63,732 nucleotides of DNA, filler included, from Sphacelaria rigidula (GCA_964200075.2; 11 parts of 11 records of this genome joined end to end with filler, not necessarily neighbours in it), one strand, 5' to 3'; shown: positions 47,074 to 60,606, counted from the whole stretch's first letter. Notes: generated by a model not told the origin, from the letters alone. Numbers and translations: made by a program.

Positions 47074-49969
47074 GATAGTTTGATCCAGTCTCACCCAAAA
47101 ACTGCCCTTTGTTTTGTGCGCTATTGTTTTGTTGGTCGTGTGTGTGCGTGTCCGCAAACAGACAATCATTAGATCACAAGAACACGGCATCATGCCGGCG
47201 CCGGACGCGATTACCCAAGATTCTTTCACGACTCGTAGAAGGCGTTACCCACAGCCTGGGGTACGTACAAAGGGCTGTGCACCGTGCACGGGTAGGTGCT
47301 GCGTGTGCTCATGCCTGGCCCGCTAGTAGTAGTAAGAAATTCTACGAATCGGGTCCAAGCATCATGTTTCAAGTATAAGTATGTAGACAATGAAGTAAAA
47401 GCACCTGTGCACCTTTCGATTAAGCCTTGTTCCTCATGCCAAGTTTACTTATTTTCAGAATCAAGCTTGCATTTTTATCGTTCAAGTTTTCCCCAAAAGC
47501 AATTTGCGTGTGTATCGAATTCTGAACAGCCAGGTACACTGTATTTTGCGTGTAGCAGTCGACTTGATGGTGTGTTATCGATTTGTGCGTGAGAATTTAG
47601 GGCCCACGCAGGTTCCTTCGTGCCGGTGGTTCGATAGCACACCGGATGCTGTGCCAAAAACTCTGGGTCTGAAAGTGCGCAGGTCAACAGGTGTACTGCA
47701 CTTTTCTTGGGACATTGCATACAAACAAAGTTTCCCTTGCGCTACATTCGTCGCTCTAATCAGCGCTACTAGTGTTGCTCAGTTCAGGGAAAACATCCAG
47801 GGTAATAGCCCCTCGGAGCCACGCTCGTTGTATTGGGCCGAGAGTTCAACTAATGGTTACCGCCCTTGTAGTCGGCGCTATTGTTGGCTCTAATCCAAGG
47901 TGTCAAGGAAGAATCGTGCTTACTCTTGTTAAACATCTTTCTGATAAGTACGTCTGACGAAGAGCTCTCAAGGATTTGAACCCCTTCATGACCTTTTGTT
48001 GGGTAAGTGCGCAGTCGAGCATCGGTGCCATCTTGTCATCTGGAATGCGTAAGACACCCAAAGATACCGCAACGAGATTCTTGAGTATTTCGTCGCCGAC
48101 GCCTGCGCAGACGAGAGACAATATCATGCTCGAGGGGCCGGTTGTGCCGCACTCGGTGGAACGCTTTACAAGTTGTGCTCGAGCAGCAAACGCTCAAGAG
48201 CCCACTCCGCTGGAGCTCAAGAGCGTCGAGTTCAGGTGCTGGGCATAATTTAGAATTCGGGAGTCGACGCGACTTAGAGTGCTTATGTATTATGGTACAG
48301 TAGAGCAAAATGGTCACGGTAAAGAACAGCCAGCTTGTGCGGGGTAGAGTTGAGAGTTATCATTTTCGCCTATTTTACGAATCCGATGCGTTGAACAGCA
48401 GTTTTCGCGAGTCTTGAAGAGCTATGTTATCGAAGGCCTCTTGAACTAGGTGCTTAGGACAGGGGAAAACTGCATTCTCTTCTTGTATTCATCCCTCTCA
48501 CTCTTCACTCACCAAACACACACCATGCAAGCTCTGCCACAGCTGAATATGCATCCAGGAAAAAACTGAGCATGATAGGGGAGGACCGTGCACACATCTT
48601 CGTATTCGATACACCCAGTCATACTATACTCCCAACAAGTTGGTTGACCCATTATCGTGCCGCCCCCCAAATCTATAGCACTCTCAATCTGCACCAAATC
48701 ATACCCGGTCTGTTCCTAGTTCACATGTAAAAGGGCTCAGGTCGGCAATATTCTGATACTATGCACGGCGACACGTGTCACGGCAAAAATCACCACGAGC
48801 GGCAAAGTGAAAAAGGGCGCACACGAGCACAGACATTGCACGGCTGTATTATCGCACCCAGAAAAAAAACTCCGTGTATTTCCCCGACAATGCACTTGTT
48901 GGACAGGCACCAGCTCAAGGGCGGCAAGAAATACATAGTTCCTGCCCACGATCGTGCAAACAGATCCCTACCAGAGCGAAGTTTAACGGCCGGGAGTAGA
49001 GTACTCTGGGCTCCCCCCGATGCAGAGCAGCTTATGACCACTCCGCGAGAATCGGGAGATGCACAGACGGCCACCGAGAAAGTTCTTGGCTTCCGCGCAA
49101 GGGTGCCGTGCGGACCTGGATCCTTCCTCAGCGGATTGGCGAGGGAGATGGCGGTGTCAAGCCCTGTTGGTCGAAATGAGTAAGCTTTTGCGAGTCATGT
49201 TCTCCATGCCGGCGGGGCTTAACACCACAACACGCTTGTACGAACGTGTTGATTGGTTGATTGATTGTCGGACTTTAAATGGCCCCTCGGGGATCCAGCC
49301 GAGGGTTCACATGATAGACGTACACCCTCTCATCCGTGGACAAGCACAATGAAGCGGGGTACTACAGTGCCCTGGCATACACTGGCAGGAAAGAGCACAC
49401 ACACACATACACACACATATATATAGGGCGGGGAAAAGGACAACAGAGGAGGAGACTACACAAGTGGTGAAGCCCAAAGATTTCAGGGCAGCAGAGCAGA
49501 TACAGACACACACCAGGGGGAACCGCAGAGCCACCGATCAAGGACACAATCAACAACCGATATAAAGAGACAGGAATGTGCCATGACTGCTCTTCTCACG
49601 GGAAGTTTCTTGACAGCTGTATCCAGCCATTTTTCAATTCGTCATCCTCGAAATGCGGGAAATGTCTCGACGGTATTACGGATTGCGGCTATGAGTGTAA
49701 TGTCCTGCCTGATCGAACTAGTGTCTAGCGATGGAGTAAAAGTGATGCAGTGTGGTTGCCGATTTCTCCTCTCCACATGGCACCAGGAGAGATATGGCGT
49801 CAGGAGATGGGCGAAATGGCGGAGGCGACGAACGCACGACGACGGGTTCCTTGGGACTTGGCCACAAGGATCTTTTCGTGGCAAACTAGTGAGATACTTG
49901 TAATCAAAATGTACCCTTTGCTGCACAAACTGCAACGTTTTTCAGATTCATCGCAGTGTCGACCTTCAA

Positions 49970-50372
49970 CAGACACTTCTATAAAATGAGGTTGCACGAT
50001 GAAATGAGGGTCAAGCCCTGAACAGCTTTCCCCACGCTTTCAGCGATGGTACCCGATGACTTTCGCGTCGGCCTAATGCCCCTCGATCGCGTAGACACTA
50101 TTTCAGCGCATTTTACCGGCTCTGAGAGCTTACAGCGCTGATCGAAACCGCCGTCTCCCCTGATTTTTTGGTGATATCAGGGAAAATAGCGGCTTCGGTC
50201 AGCGCTGTAAGCTCACAGAGCCGGTAAAATGCGCTGAAAAGGTATCTACGCGATCGAGGGGCATCAGACCGACAAAAAAGTAATCGGGCACCATTGCTGG
50301 AAGCGTGGGGTAAGCACAGTTTTGGGCTTGAACATTATTTAAGTGCACAACCTCATTTTATAGAATTGTCTG
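49970..50372. mobile_element. ~400-bp foldback (fully palindromic) MITE; half copy at ~57402-57605
   Basis: CAGACACTTCTATAAAATGAGGTTG ... CAACCTCATTTTATAGAATTGTCTG, with arms complementary up to the centre at ~50165-50175. Confidence 0.85.
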
Positions 50373-52308
50373 TTCTTCGGCCAATAATGAATGTTCCGCG
50401 GATGTCTACATAAGTCCCCTACCGGAGCACGATTCAGTTGTGATTGCCGCCAAGCACTGTCGTTTCTCGAAGACATGTATAATTGTCGAAGATTGTTGTT
50501 CTTTTAGCTTCAAACACGATGCGAATGGACGCAAGGACTCCGCCGCCCTAAATCCTGCACGTCGATGCCGACCCGGAATTGAAATGCGGTCAAAAACATT
50601 TTTCCTGAGGACATGACAAAATACCCTCCCTTCTTGCCCTCTGGCCTGCCCCTGCCCATCGGAAACGCTGTCGTTGGATGATAACATCGGCTTCCTCCGA
50701 TATTTTGGGACTTTGAACGTTGGGAACGATTGCACGCGTCATTGCAACAACTGCGCGGCTGCGGTTTGGACCCTTCAGCAATCCCCACGTGTCGGGCTAC
50801 ACGGGACAACAGCCACGTAGATTGTAGCCTACTTTGTATTTGTTTGCATGTGATTTGAGGCAAGGCATGGAGATACAGCAAACTCTGGTGTGACCATGAC
50901 TTGTCAGCCGTGAAGCACGATCGATTTTGTTGGCCGGTGCTTTTCGCCATAGCCGAGCGGGACGACGGTGGCCGCTGGCCGCCAGACGGTCCTTCTGCGC
51001 GCCTTTGCACACGCGGAGAGGATAAATGCACTTTCAGGTGTTCTGGTTGACGGAGACGGGGTTGCACAGCCAACCATCTGGTTGACCCCAACTGGTTGGC
51101 CTGTTCCTCTTCCTGGCGCGCACGAGGCGTCTCCTTCGCGTTAGAACTGCTGGTGCATGACAAAGTCGAGCATGAAAAATCGGCTAGTGTATAAGCCACG
51201 CGGAGTTTAGCCCGGAGATGGGTCGTCTCGCCCCCTCTGTGAACATACTTGGAGTGCTTGCACACGCGACACGTTTTCCACGCTGCATGCAGTCGTTGCT
51301 CTCGTGGAAGGTAGAGAATCGCATCCAGATGGTTTCGCTTGGGGTAAAACATACTTAGAGACGTGGCAAATGGCGACCTGCCCGAATTTTCACGGATCCT
51401 ACTCACGAATCATTTATGAATCGTCTGTAGGATTTTCTCAACCTATTATCAATCCCTTCGCCTTACCCGCTCATGAATAGCCCTGCGAGCGTCAGCTATG
51501 ATCATCTGTAAAAGTGGTTGCACTACAATACATGACACTACATCAAAAACCTCGATGACAACAGTTTGAGATGGCCGTAACTATATGAAAAGGCCCATAC
51601 TCATGGTATCGCTTTCTCCTGTGCACGCACGCCCACCTCCCGCTGGGATATAACCATAATACATGAGACATAGGAGTAGCACACAGTATACCGCAGACAT
51701 TTCCCCTCCCCCGCCTCCCCCCCAATAAAAAGAGCTGTCAAATTCCAACTGTAGGGACCGCCTTAATGCCTTCAAAGTCGGAATGCGGCGCCCCTAGTCA
51801 GTACCCGAGGGGTTGGACAGTATCTTTTACGGTACTTGTCCGTACCCTTGTCCACATGGTGTGTTGTACTGCAGTCACAACAGTGCAACCACGGTAGTCC
51901 TCGGCAGGGTATAGCTAGTATCAGGCAACATAAGCTGGGGGCGCACGGCAATAGCAAAAAAAGCACACATACAAAAATTGAGATACCGACTAGTAGTGCA
52001 GTTCGTGGAAACTTTAACCTCTGAGTGCCCAGGAATCGATTCCTCGCCCCCTCCCCCCGGGGGGGTGGAGTAGGAACGGTGCTCCAGCTCGAAAGGGATG
52101 CGTGGTCAATGGTCAAACGACTAAGGCANNNNNNNNNNNNNNNNNNNNNNNNNNNNNNNNNNNNNNNNNNNNTTAATTAATTAANNNNNNNNNNNNNNNN
52201 NNNNNNNNNNNNNNNNNNNNNNNNNNNNTTCAAAACCTCCACGTGTGCCAGATTTGTGCCGTTGGTACCGGCGGTGCTGCCACGCGCGTCAGCCGTGGCT
52301 TACCACTA

Positions 52309-52320
52309 GTTATTATTATT

Positions 52321-52382
<62 letters not shown>

Positions 52383-52616
52383 CGTTGTTGTCGTTGTTGT
52401 TGTCGTCGTTGTTGTTGTCGTTGTTGTCGTTGTTGTTGTTGTTGTTGTTATTATTGTTATTATTGTTATTATTGTTATTATTAGTAGTAGTAGTACTGTT
52501 ACTATTACTATTACTATTACTATTACTATTACTATTATTAATATTATATCAATATGAATACTGTTATTTATTATTGTTGTTTTTACTATTACTATTACTA
52601 TTACTACTACTATTAT
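52309..52616. repeat. Compound trinucleotide microsatellite (GTT/GTC/ATT/ACT)n
   Basis: Direct reading. Confidence 0.95.
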
Positions 52617-54567
52617 TTTATGTTCGTCACATCAGCTCGATCTCTCGTGTACATGGAGCATACCATCCATACCCATAAATCACACAGGCCACAGAGGAAG
52701 GATGAAACAAAGCATCTACACGAAAAAAAGGGCACACCTACACTACGATAGATCCGTACTTGTACTGGAATCTGAAAAGTCCGCGCGTGCGATCTCTCCG
52801 ACTACCTTGCCACGTACTGGTGTATACACAGAGCAGTAACAGCGAGAAAGCCGATAACCGAAACGGTCGCGTAGAACAGAGACCAATCCAAAAATAGATC
52901 TACTGTCGCTACGGAGTACTGTTTGAAGAGATCCTCTACAGAGCCTGCGCACCGGAGACTGAACAACGTCAGATAGGAAGATAAAAAAAAGACAAGAAGA
53001 TCAAGAAAAAGAGCCGATGGCAACGAGGAGGAAAAGTCAGGAATTACGATCTCCCTCGGGTTCTGGTCAAGTAGCATCATTATGGAAACACAACAGATAG
53101 GGCGTGTCTAGCCTACACACGGCATAGCGCTATCAGCGACAAACAAATGTGTTCAGAATGTCCTACAGTATATTCAACCAAGAAAATATGAGATACCATC
53201 TGTATGTAGCATCCACAACAAAGTTTTATTTTGATGGAAAACGCCAATCTTTCCCGTTGAAACGATGGAGTTACGTTCTACTCGTACGACAAGCAAATTG
53301 CTGAAAACCTGTCACCGCCGACCCGACCCCTGTGCCTGCCCCACTCGTATGCTTGCGAGGGCTCGTTTGAAGTTGACAAAGAGCTACCGAGGAGAAGTTA
53401 TGTCAACACTTCGCGTTTGTGCATAAATGTTAGCACTCAGGCATGGCGTCTGCCTCCCGGTCTTGATCTTCACCTGATATTTTTCGTCATTTTTACTTTT
53501 TTAATTATTTTATTCCATTTTTTTCCCGCTTCTTTCTTTGTTTCTACTCCTTTTTTTGTTTCTGCTCTTTTTTCTTTTAGGTCGTCCATCTCTTTCTGTG
53601 CTTTGCTTTTGTCGATTTTTTTTTTACGTCTTAGTCTACTATGTCGTTCTGTTCGACGTTTTGCTGCTCCTTCGTTTTCTTGAACAAGTGTTTCAGTTTG
53701 CTTTCCTTGGGTACGTCTATTATACGACCACGGCTGGACCCATGGGTGGTCAGTTGAAGTGCGACAATCAAATCATCAAAATCAATCATCGCCGAACGGG
53801 TTGCCCCAAAACTCGTGTCATTATACAGCGGGGGGCAATATCGAGGACTATGCTCAGTGTAAGGGTGATAATGTACAGGTCTTGAGTGTGGTTGGCAGCG
53901 TTCCTGTCCTTTGAGCCAGTCACGTACGTTCCTACATGGTCTGTGCAGCGGGGCCTTGGATAAGACCACCAACATTGGTGAGGTGTATTGGTTGGTGTCT
54001 ACCACTGCGTCCCGTGACCCAAGGATAAAACTGGGTCGAGAAGTGTTCGTGCAGTTCCCCCGCTTGTGGAAGATGACATACGATATTGAATTTCTGCGTC
54101 CGTTGATCGTTTGATACCGCGTACTGACTCGATCTTCATTTTATTTACCCACTCTCCTCTGCTCTACCACGATCCACATTGTGGACGGATGTTCATGCAG
54201 GATCGACCGTACCCTCTTTTCCCTAGGCATGAACAACTCAACAGGGTGCTGCGAGGCGCTTCCAGCAGTATAACCCTTGGTTCGAAGGCTTCACCCCCAT
54301 ACCCTCCCCTGCCCGTCCACACGACAGGTCCATTTTTTCATGAGCCCGTCGACAATGAACCGAGAGCTACGGCATGCAAAATATGGGCATGTCTCCCATG
54401 AATCCCCTACGAGTAAAGATAACTACTGCATCCTTGTTTATTCGCCTCAGTACCAACCCCTCTCTTCCCTTAAGAGCAGTCCGTGGTCTCAAGGGCTCAA
54501 CCCATTTCTCGCACCGTGCACGCCTTGCACTTTGGTCTCGTTGACTGGATCGCCACGATTGAATCGG

Positions 54568-54624
54568 AACGATTGGATCATGACTAACGATTGGATCATG
54601 ACTAACGATTGGATCATGACTAAC
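54568..54624. repeat. 18-bp tandem triplication AACGATTGGATCATGACT within a dispersed repeat (related to ~11735-11775 and 31895-31940 reverse)
   Basis: Three exact units followed by AACACTCCCGCACG. Confidence 0.85.
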
Positions 54625-54704
54625 ACTCCCGCACGACGTGGACTCTCGTCAGGCAAGTTTTCTTTGCTACTCACGTTCTCACATTTTCTTTAACTAGAGT
54701 AGAA

Positions 54705-54788
54705 ACACACTCACACACACGCACACGCACACACGCGCGCGCGCGCACACACACACAAACACACACATACACACACACACACACACAT
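54705..54788. repeat. (CA)n/(CG)n microsatellite
   Basis: Direct reading. Confidence 0.9.
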
Positions 54789-55634
54789 CTGCACCGGCAG
54801 TGAATCAAACCTCGAAGCCGCTTTCGCTCGACCCAAGTGGTGTCGGTATCACCGGGTGAACCACAGGGGCGCTGCGGCTATACTCGCGCGTGCTACATGA
54901 TGATGTGTGTGTGACTTACCCGGTTTCCCTCGCTGACCAGAGCCACGCGTGCGGTGTCCAGAGCGTTTTGGGCGCTGCTGTTCCTCTCCCGGGCAAGGGT
55001 CAAGGCTCTCTGACAGTCGGCCGGGCGGTAGAACTTCAGGAAGTCGGCAAGCGTCCAGTGACTTCCTCTTCCCTGCGACAATAGCCGGCCACATGTGCGA
55101 TAATAGGAATCGGCAGGTGCACTACTTCGTTCTCGCTTGGGGACACCGCTGTATCCCTCGGAGATCGTTTGTTCATATGCGACGATCAAATAAAAAATGA
55201 AAAAAGATAAAATAAAAAAAACTAACCTGCGGAGGAGAATCTGTCAGTTCCACGCAGTGAGCGACAACCAAATACGCAATCGTGCGATCACTCACTCACT
55301 CGCTCACTCAATCAATCTATTAATTAATCAATCAGTCGTCATATTTTAAGAACTGAATAGCCCGGCAACACGGTTCCCCCGAGCGTGCGTTGCATTTTCA
55401 TTACTTGCAAATGGAGGGTAAGCAACCGATGTGCGATGAAATTATCGAACAGACAGACATAAGTCTTCACACCCGACGTGCGCAATATCCTCCGTCAACC
55501 ACGTGTAGGCTTGTACATAGCGTGGCCGATGTAAGGTAGGTGTTTAAACGATGTAGTCGAATTCGCGTTCCAACTAAGGAACGGGCGAGACCGGGGCTTC
55601 AAGGTTCCCGGGCAAAGACACCGAGGTACTCACC

Positions 55635-57345
55635 GTTTATTGATACACCTTGATGGTGCACATGTGATTCTAGGAGTTGGAGAGCGTCGTTTAGAGACAG
55701 TTCTTGAATGAAGGAGCTAATTTGGAGCGTCACTAGAGACATAAAAATGTTCTGAGAGTGATATTTATCTCCACGTAGCGTGTGCCTTCATACCGCTTGA
55801 CAGTTGTTGGTTTTTCCCACGTAATGTTGGGAAATGGAAATTAAGAGAAACAAGGTTTTTAAATATCTAGTATGTTCAGCGGGACAACTGGTTGCGGTTA
55901 AGTTAAGGAGTAACAAAGTAGCAAATATGGTAGTATTCGAATGGTGCAATGGGGTCAGCAAGTGTGCACGACAAGCACGCAGGCAAACTGGGCCGGACGG
56001 TTGATCCGACAACCTGCCCCAAATAATATTATTCTCGTGCCCACAACAAGTGAGCACCCTAGTAATGACTTCACACAATGATAGGTTGATGTCCAGTCGA
56101 TCTATAAGATTCTTGTTCCCTCGTGCTCTTCATTGCTCTGCTCAATGCTCGTCCACGTGTCTCATCGGACTAGCTAGCTTGCAAAGCGCTACTCGGTCGT
56201 AAGTGAGACGGGAGGGTGGCTACTAGGATCGCTGTCTATCCCTTTTGATCAAGCTCACATCCTATCTGATCAAGCCTGGTCAGACCTGCAACCCCATAGT
56301 CCTTGATTTGGTCATACACGCCTTCTAACCCCAAGGCAGGACGTAAAACAGAAAGGGATAGCGATGAATAGGCCATAAGCAAAAGCTCAGGTACTGAATG
56401 CCAGGAAGTACAAGAGTGTAAGACTGATCAAGTCCCTGGTATGAAAGTCTCAAAAACAGGAAGGATCGAATACAGACAGTACACGAGTGTTGGAATGATC
56501 GAGAGCCTAGTATGAAGAGTCGAAGGTGTCAGCGATTTAGATGTAAGATGTTGTTATAGCAACCAGTAGTTTTGTCAAGATATTGAGAGAGCCGTTCGCT
56601 GTTCCTCTCGAAAGCTACACATCCCAACACGCTTACCGGCTTGTTGTCAGTTCTCTGCGTGAAAAAAACGGCCGATTTCTTTTTCCATTCTGTGATGGCC
56701 AAATAAACGCCTGTAACCACCCATCGACTTTCTTCATGTTTTCATACGTCGATAGTGACTTGGTAAGTACTGTGCACCATCTGCGGAGTTTATGCTGTTG
56801 TTGTTACAAAAACAGTGGAGCCTACTTCACTTGTCACTTGACAAAGCAAACGTCTGTCTGTAGAACAATTACATACTCATCTCTGCAGATCTCATGAAGA
56901 GATGGTCACATTACTCTCCAAGCCGTAGCCGCCCGGAGCAAGCGCATGGGTTTGTTCAACATTCCCATGAACCTAAAGCGCGTCTTCCACTCAAAACACC
57001 CCGCCCACACAATCACAATCGCAGGATCATTCGCATCTCTTCCACAACATCAAAAGCAGGTCAGACACTCAACTCCGCCTGAAAGTCCGGAGTGCATCGA
57101 CAGCTTCGACCGACTCTGGCAGCCATCAAGTTTTCACAAGGTCAGCTGCAGGTTGCTGCTGTGTTTCTTGAGGCACAACTCACCTCCCCGCTATCCACGT
57201 TCCTTTTGAGAACTTGCAGCAGCGCGTGGTCGCTGGATGCCTGGCCGGACAGCCCTGCCCATCTGGCGGCTTGCCTGAGTTCCGGCAGCCCGAGTGTGCT
57301 GTTCCCCCCGACTCCGCAGATCAGCGTTGAGAAGCAAGTCTCAGG
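55635..57345 (-). pseudogene. Decayed spliced KDZ/Zisupton-like DNA transposase (tentative)
   Basis: Ordered fragments: SAP-like LGLPELRQAARWAGLSGQASSDHALLQVL (exon 57184-57345), HSGLSGGVECLTC, HPPV/TYDRVALCKLA, WGRLSD, DKYHSQN. Many stops and frameshifts. Confidence 0.42.
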
Positions 57346-57611
57346 CTGCGTTCATTCGTGCGCCGCGAAATATTGAAAGACAAAAATGAAACATATTATC
57401 ACAAAGAAATTCTATAAAATGAGGTTGTACACTGGAACGAGGTTCGAGCCCAAACCAGTGCTATCCCCACACTTTCAGCGATGGTGCCCGATCACTCTTT
57501 TGTCGGCCTCACGCTCCTCGATCGGTTAGATACTTTTTCAACGCATTCTACAGACTCTGTGAGCATACAGCGCTGGCCGAAACCGCCATTTTCCCTGATA
57601 TCACCTCACCT

Positions 57612-57924
57612 CATCCTCCGAATTCCAGTCCGCCAAGGAACTCATGAGCAGTACCACGTCGCTCTTGCGCATGCCTTCAAGCGTCAGCTTGCCGCGACGG
57701 CTGCACTCATACAAGCCCATTGAAGGGGGGGGGGGGCGTACGCATTTGTTGCTTGCCTTGGTCAATGGTCAAATGACTAAGGTAAGCAGCAAATAAGCAC
57801 GCCCCTTCCCCCCCAATGGGCTTCTATGAGTGCAGCCGTCGCGGCAAGCTGACGCTGGAAGGCATGCGCAAGAGCGACCTCGTACTACTCATGAATTCCT
57901 TCGCGGACTGGAATTCGGAGGATG
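57612..57924. mobile_element. ~310-bp foldback element inserted at the centre of another palindromic MITE
   Basis: CATCCTCCGAATTCCAGTCCGC...GCGGACTGGAATTCGGAGGATG, with ~150-bp complementary arms. Confidence 0.85.
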
Positions 57925-58030
57925 GGATCANNNNNNNNNNNNNNNNNNNNNNNNNNNNNNNNNNNNNNNNNNNNTTAATTAATTAANNNNNNNNNNNNNN
58001 NNNNNNNNNNNNNNNNNNNNNNNNNNNNNN

Positions 58031-58148
58031 CGCTCTCCACTGTTGGGCATGGTGTAGGAAAAAATCCCAGATCACTCCGGGAATCGAACCCCACCACTCA
58101 TCCATCAGAAGGTTACGAGGTTACCAACTGAGCCGCCGGGGCGACCGG
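58031..58148 (-). mobile_element. tRNA-derived SINE 5' head
   Basis: Homologous to 23214-23341 and 38108-38230; B box GGTTCGATTCC on the minus strand. Confidence 0.85.
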
Positions 58149-58190
58149 TTAGAGTATTGCGCAGATATTGGAACGGTTGTTAATGTGAAG

Positions 58191-58226
<36 letters not shown>
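58191..58226. repeat. (CAA)n microsatellite
   Basis: Direct reading. Confidence 0.95.
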
Positions 58227-58853
58227 TTCCCTGGTGCACGCGGAAGCGATCGATTCCACCGCCTTCACACGTCCCGACTGATACTATGTTTTACATAGAG
58301 ACGAGCACAACCATACAGCACCTCAAGCAATCTCAGCGGAGACCAAATCGTCTTCGCAAGGTCTCAACACACCACAGAACAGTGATAGCTACATCACATA
58401 TGAGAGCGGACGCGAGAGTGTTTGAGCTGCGGTACAGTGAAGCAGGACATGTCCCATGTTTTAGTTCTTCGGCTGATTTTAAACGGGTCCTCAGTGTTTT
58501 CCGGATGCCGATCTTGAACGGTCGGCCGTGATCGCGCTTCGCGCAAATAATTTATTTCACTATAATCATCATTCCCATGTATGGGTGCTGTGCCTCATTC
58601 ATGATCTATCTACAGATATGGAGCACATACTATTCCAGTCCAAACTCAATATGTCATGGGCAGAAGCACTAATTACACTAAATCTGGGTTTCGCTTTTCA
58701 GGTTTGCGAGTTATGTTTTGATATTTGGCATGGAGAATTGCTAGGGCATCATGAAAAAGGGAACTTTGGCACAGCACCCTTTTCTTCCTCATCACTTCTT
58801 TTGTATAAACTGGCTCTCGTTTTTGGCCCTTCCACTTATGGAAGAGAAAATAC

Positions 58854-60606
58854 CAGGAGTCTACACGTTACACGTGCCACAACCTTACACGTTACGTTTT
58901 GGCCGAAACGCAACGCGAAAGTGATTTTTTTCACGTGATGAACGTAACGGCAAATTTTCAAATGAAACGTTAACGTAACGGTTATTATTTTTTTACGTGC
59001 CTAACGAAACGTCACATATACTTTTTATTGACCAAACGTTCAAAACACATGATATGAAACGTTTCATGGCACATGTAACATCTATTGCACGTTACACGTG
59101 CATTAGACGTTACACGTTACATGAAGCGGTGCAAACTTCAAGTTTGCAACGAATTTTGATCTGCCAGAAGACAAAGTAACTACTTTACAACGGTACAAGT
59201 ACAGGCCATGCATTTTGCCAACAGAACGAGGTTACAAGCACAGGCTGTACTTAGCAAACACAGCACAAGTGCAGTCTGTACTTGTAATCTTGTACTATTG
59301 TATTTCCGACTACAGGCTGTTCTCTGCAAGCACAGTAGTAACCTTGTACTACTGTACTTCCGACTACAGGCTGTACTCTGCAAGCACAGCAGTGCAAAGT
59401 TGCAAGTACATGCTGTACTTTGCACGCACAGTAGTGTGCAAGATTACAAGTACAGGCTGCATTTGCGTACACAGTACAAGGTGAGTGCTGTACTTTGCAA
59501 ATACAACAGAGCGTAGTAATATAAGGATAAAAACACCCTGTACATTGCACACACAGCATTACAGTACGAGGTAGTCAATCATTTGTTTGCGACAACGGGA
59601 GGCAGGCTCGCATTTGGCAGCAGTGATGTCGGCAATGTCTGTAGTTTTACACCGTCTTGACTGTAAGCTTCAAGGCTACATGCAGATGCAGAGGACATGT
59701 CTTCTGCCTGCACTACGGTACACGTCCACGCTCTACTTCGTTTGCAAACGCCCCTAACCGTCTCAGATTAAGAAAAAAGTGGGCTCTCGAAATAAAAATA
59801 AAAAGCGACGCAAGATCGGTCGAAATAAGAGGTGTGGGTGGATTTTGATTTCCCCCCACGTGAGGGAATATAATTTTCCCGCTAGATAAATGCACTGATT
59901 GCCTGGACCGCGGTGTAAAGCTGTCATACATACATGCATACTTACGTAGGCCGGCCTTTGACGGCCGTGATGAACTATCTTTTTCGTCCATGTATACATA
60001 TATAGAATCAAGGGTACCCAATATAGTTTTGTCTGCAAGATGCCGGGGCGACTCAAGCAGGCGTTCAATCGTGTTCACGAGCTGTTGTGTGTACGTATGT
60101 CCTGTCGTGCGAATAATCAAGCATTTGAAGATTGATAATTGATAATTGATAATTGAAAACAAGAACATGAAAAAAGAGGGGAGATGAAAATATTACGATC
60201 AAAAACGAATGAAGGATACACTGTAGAGAAAGTAACGTTGCATAATCAGATGATTCCTACGCTCAAAAATACGACGGGCCACCGTCAGCTCCACGTGCAC
60301 GGTACGTCACGCGTCACACGACACGTTACAACGCCTCGAACACTGCTGGTAAGCCGCGACATGCACAAAATAGAAACTTTACATTCGAACGTCACACGTG
60401 CCAACGGAACGTTATATTAGACGTTACGCGCTCCATGGAATGTTTCATATTACGTTACATGTAACGAAACGTAACGTTAAATTTTAAATTGAACGTTAAC
60501 GTAACGTAATTACTTTTTTAACGTGCCAAACGAAACGTAACGTGATCGTCAAGTTTCACAGACATATGAACGTAATATGAACGTAATATGAACGTGTAGA
60601 CTTCTG
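58854..60606. mobile_element. 1.75-kb non-autonomous hAT-like element
   Basis: 16-bp TIR CAG(G/A)AGTCTACACGTT with 1 mismatch. Dense subterminal ACGTTA/TAACGT motifs at both ends, degenerate 8-bp flanks GAAAATAC/AAAAAAAC, and an internal degenerate tandem array at 59180-59570. Confidence 0.8.

Noticed and set aside
52243..52751. Poly-Val/Leu/Cys/Tyr ORFs
   Set aside because: Translations of a trinucleotide microsatellite
53430..54480. Possible decayed retroelement on minus strand
   Set aside because: No diagnostic RT, endonuclease or integrase motif could be recovered
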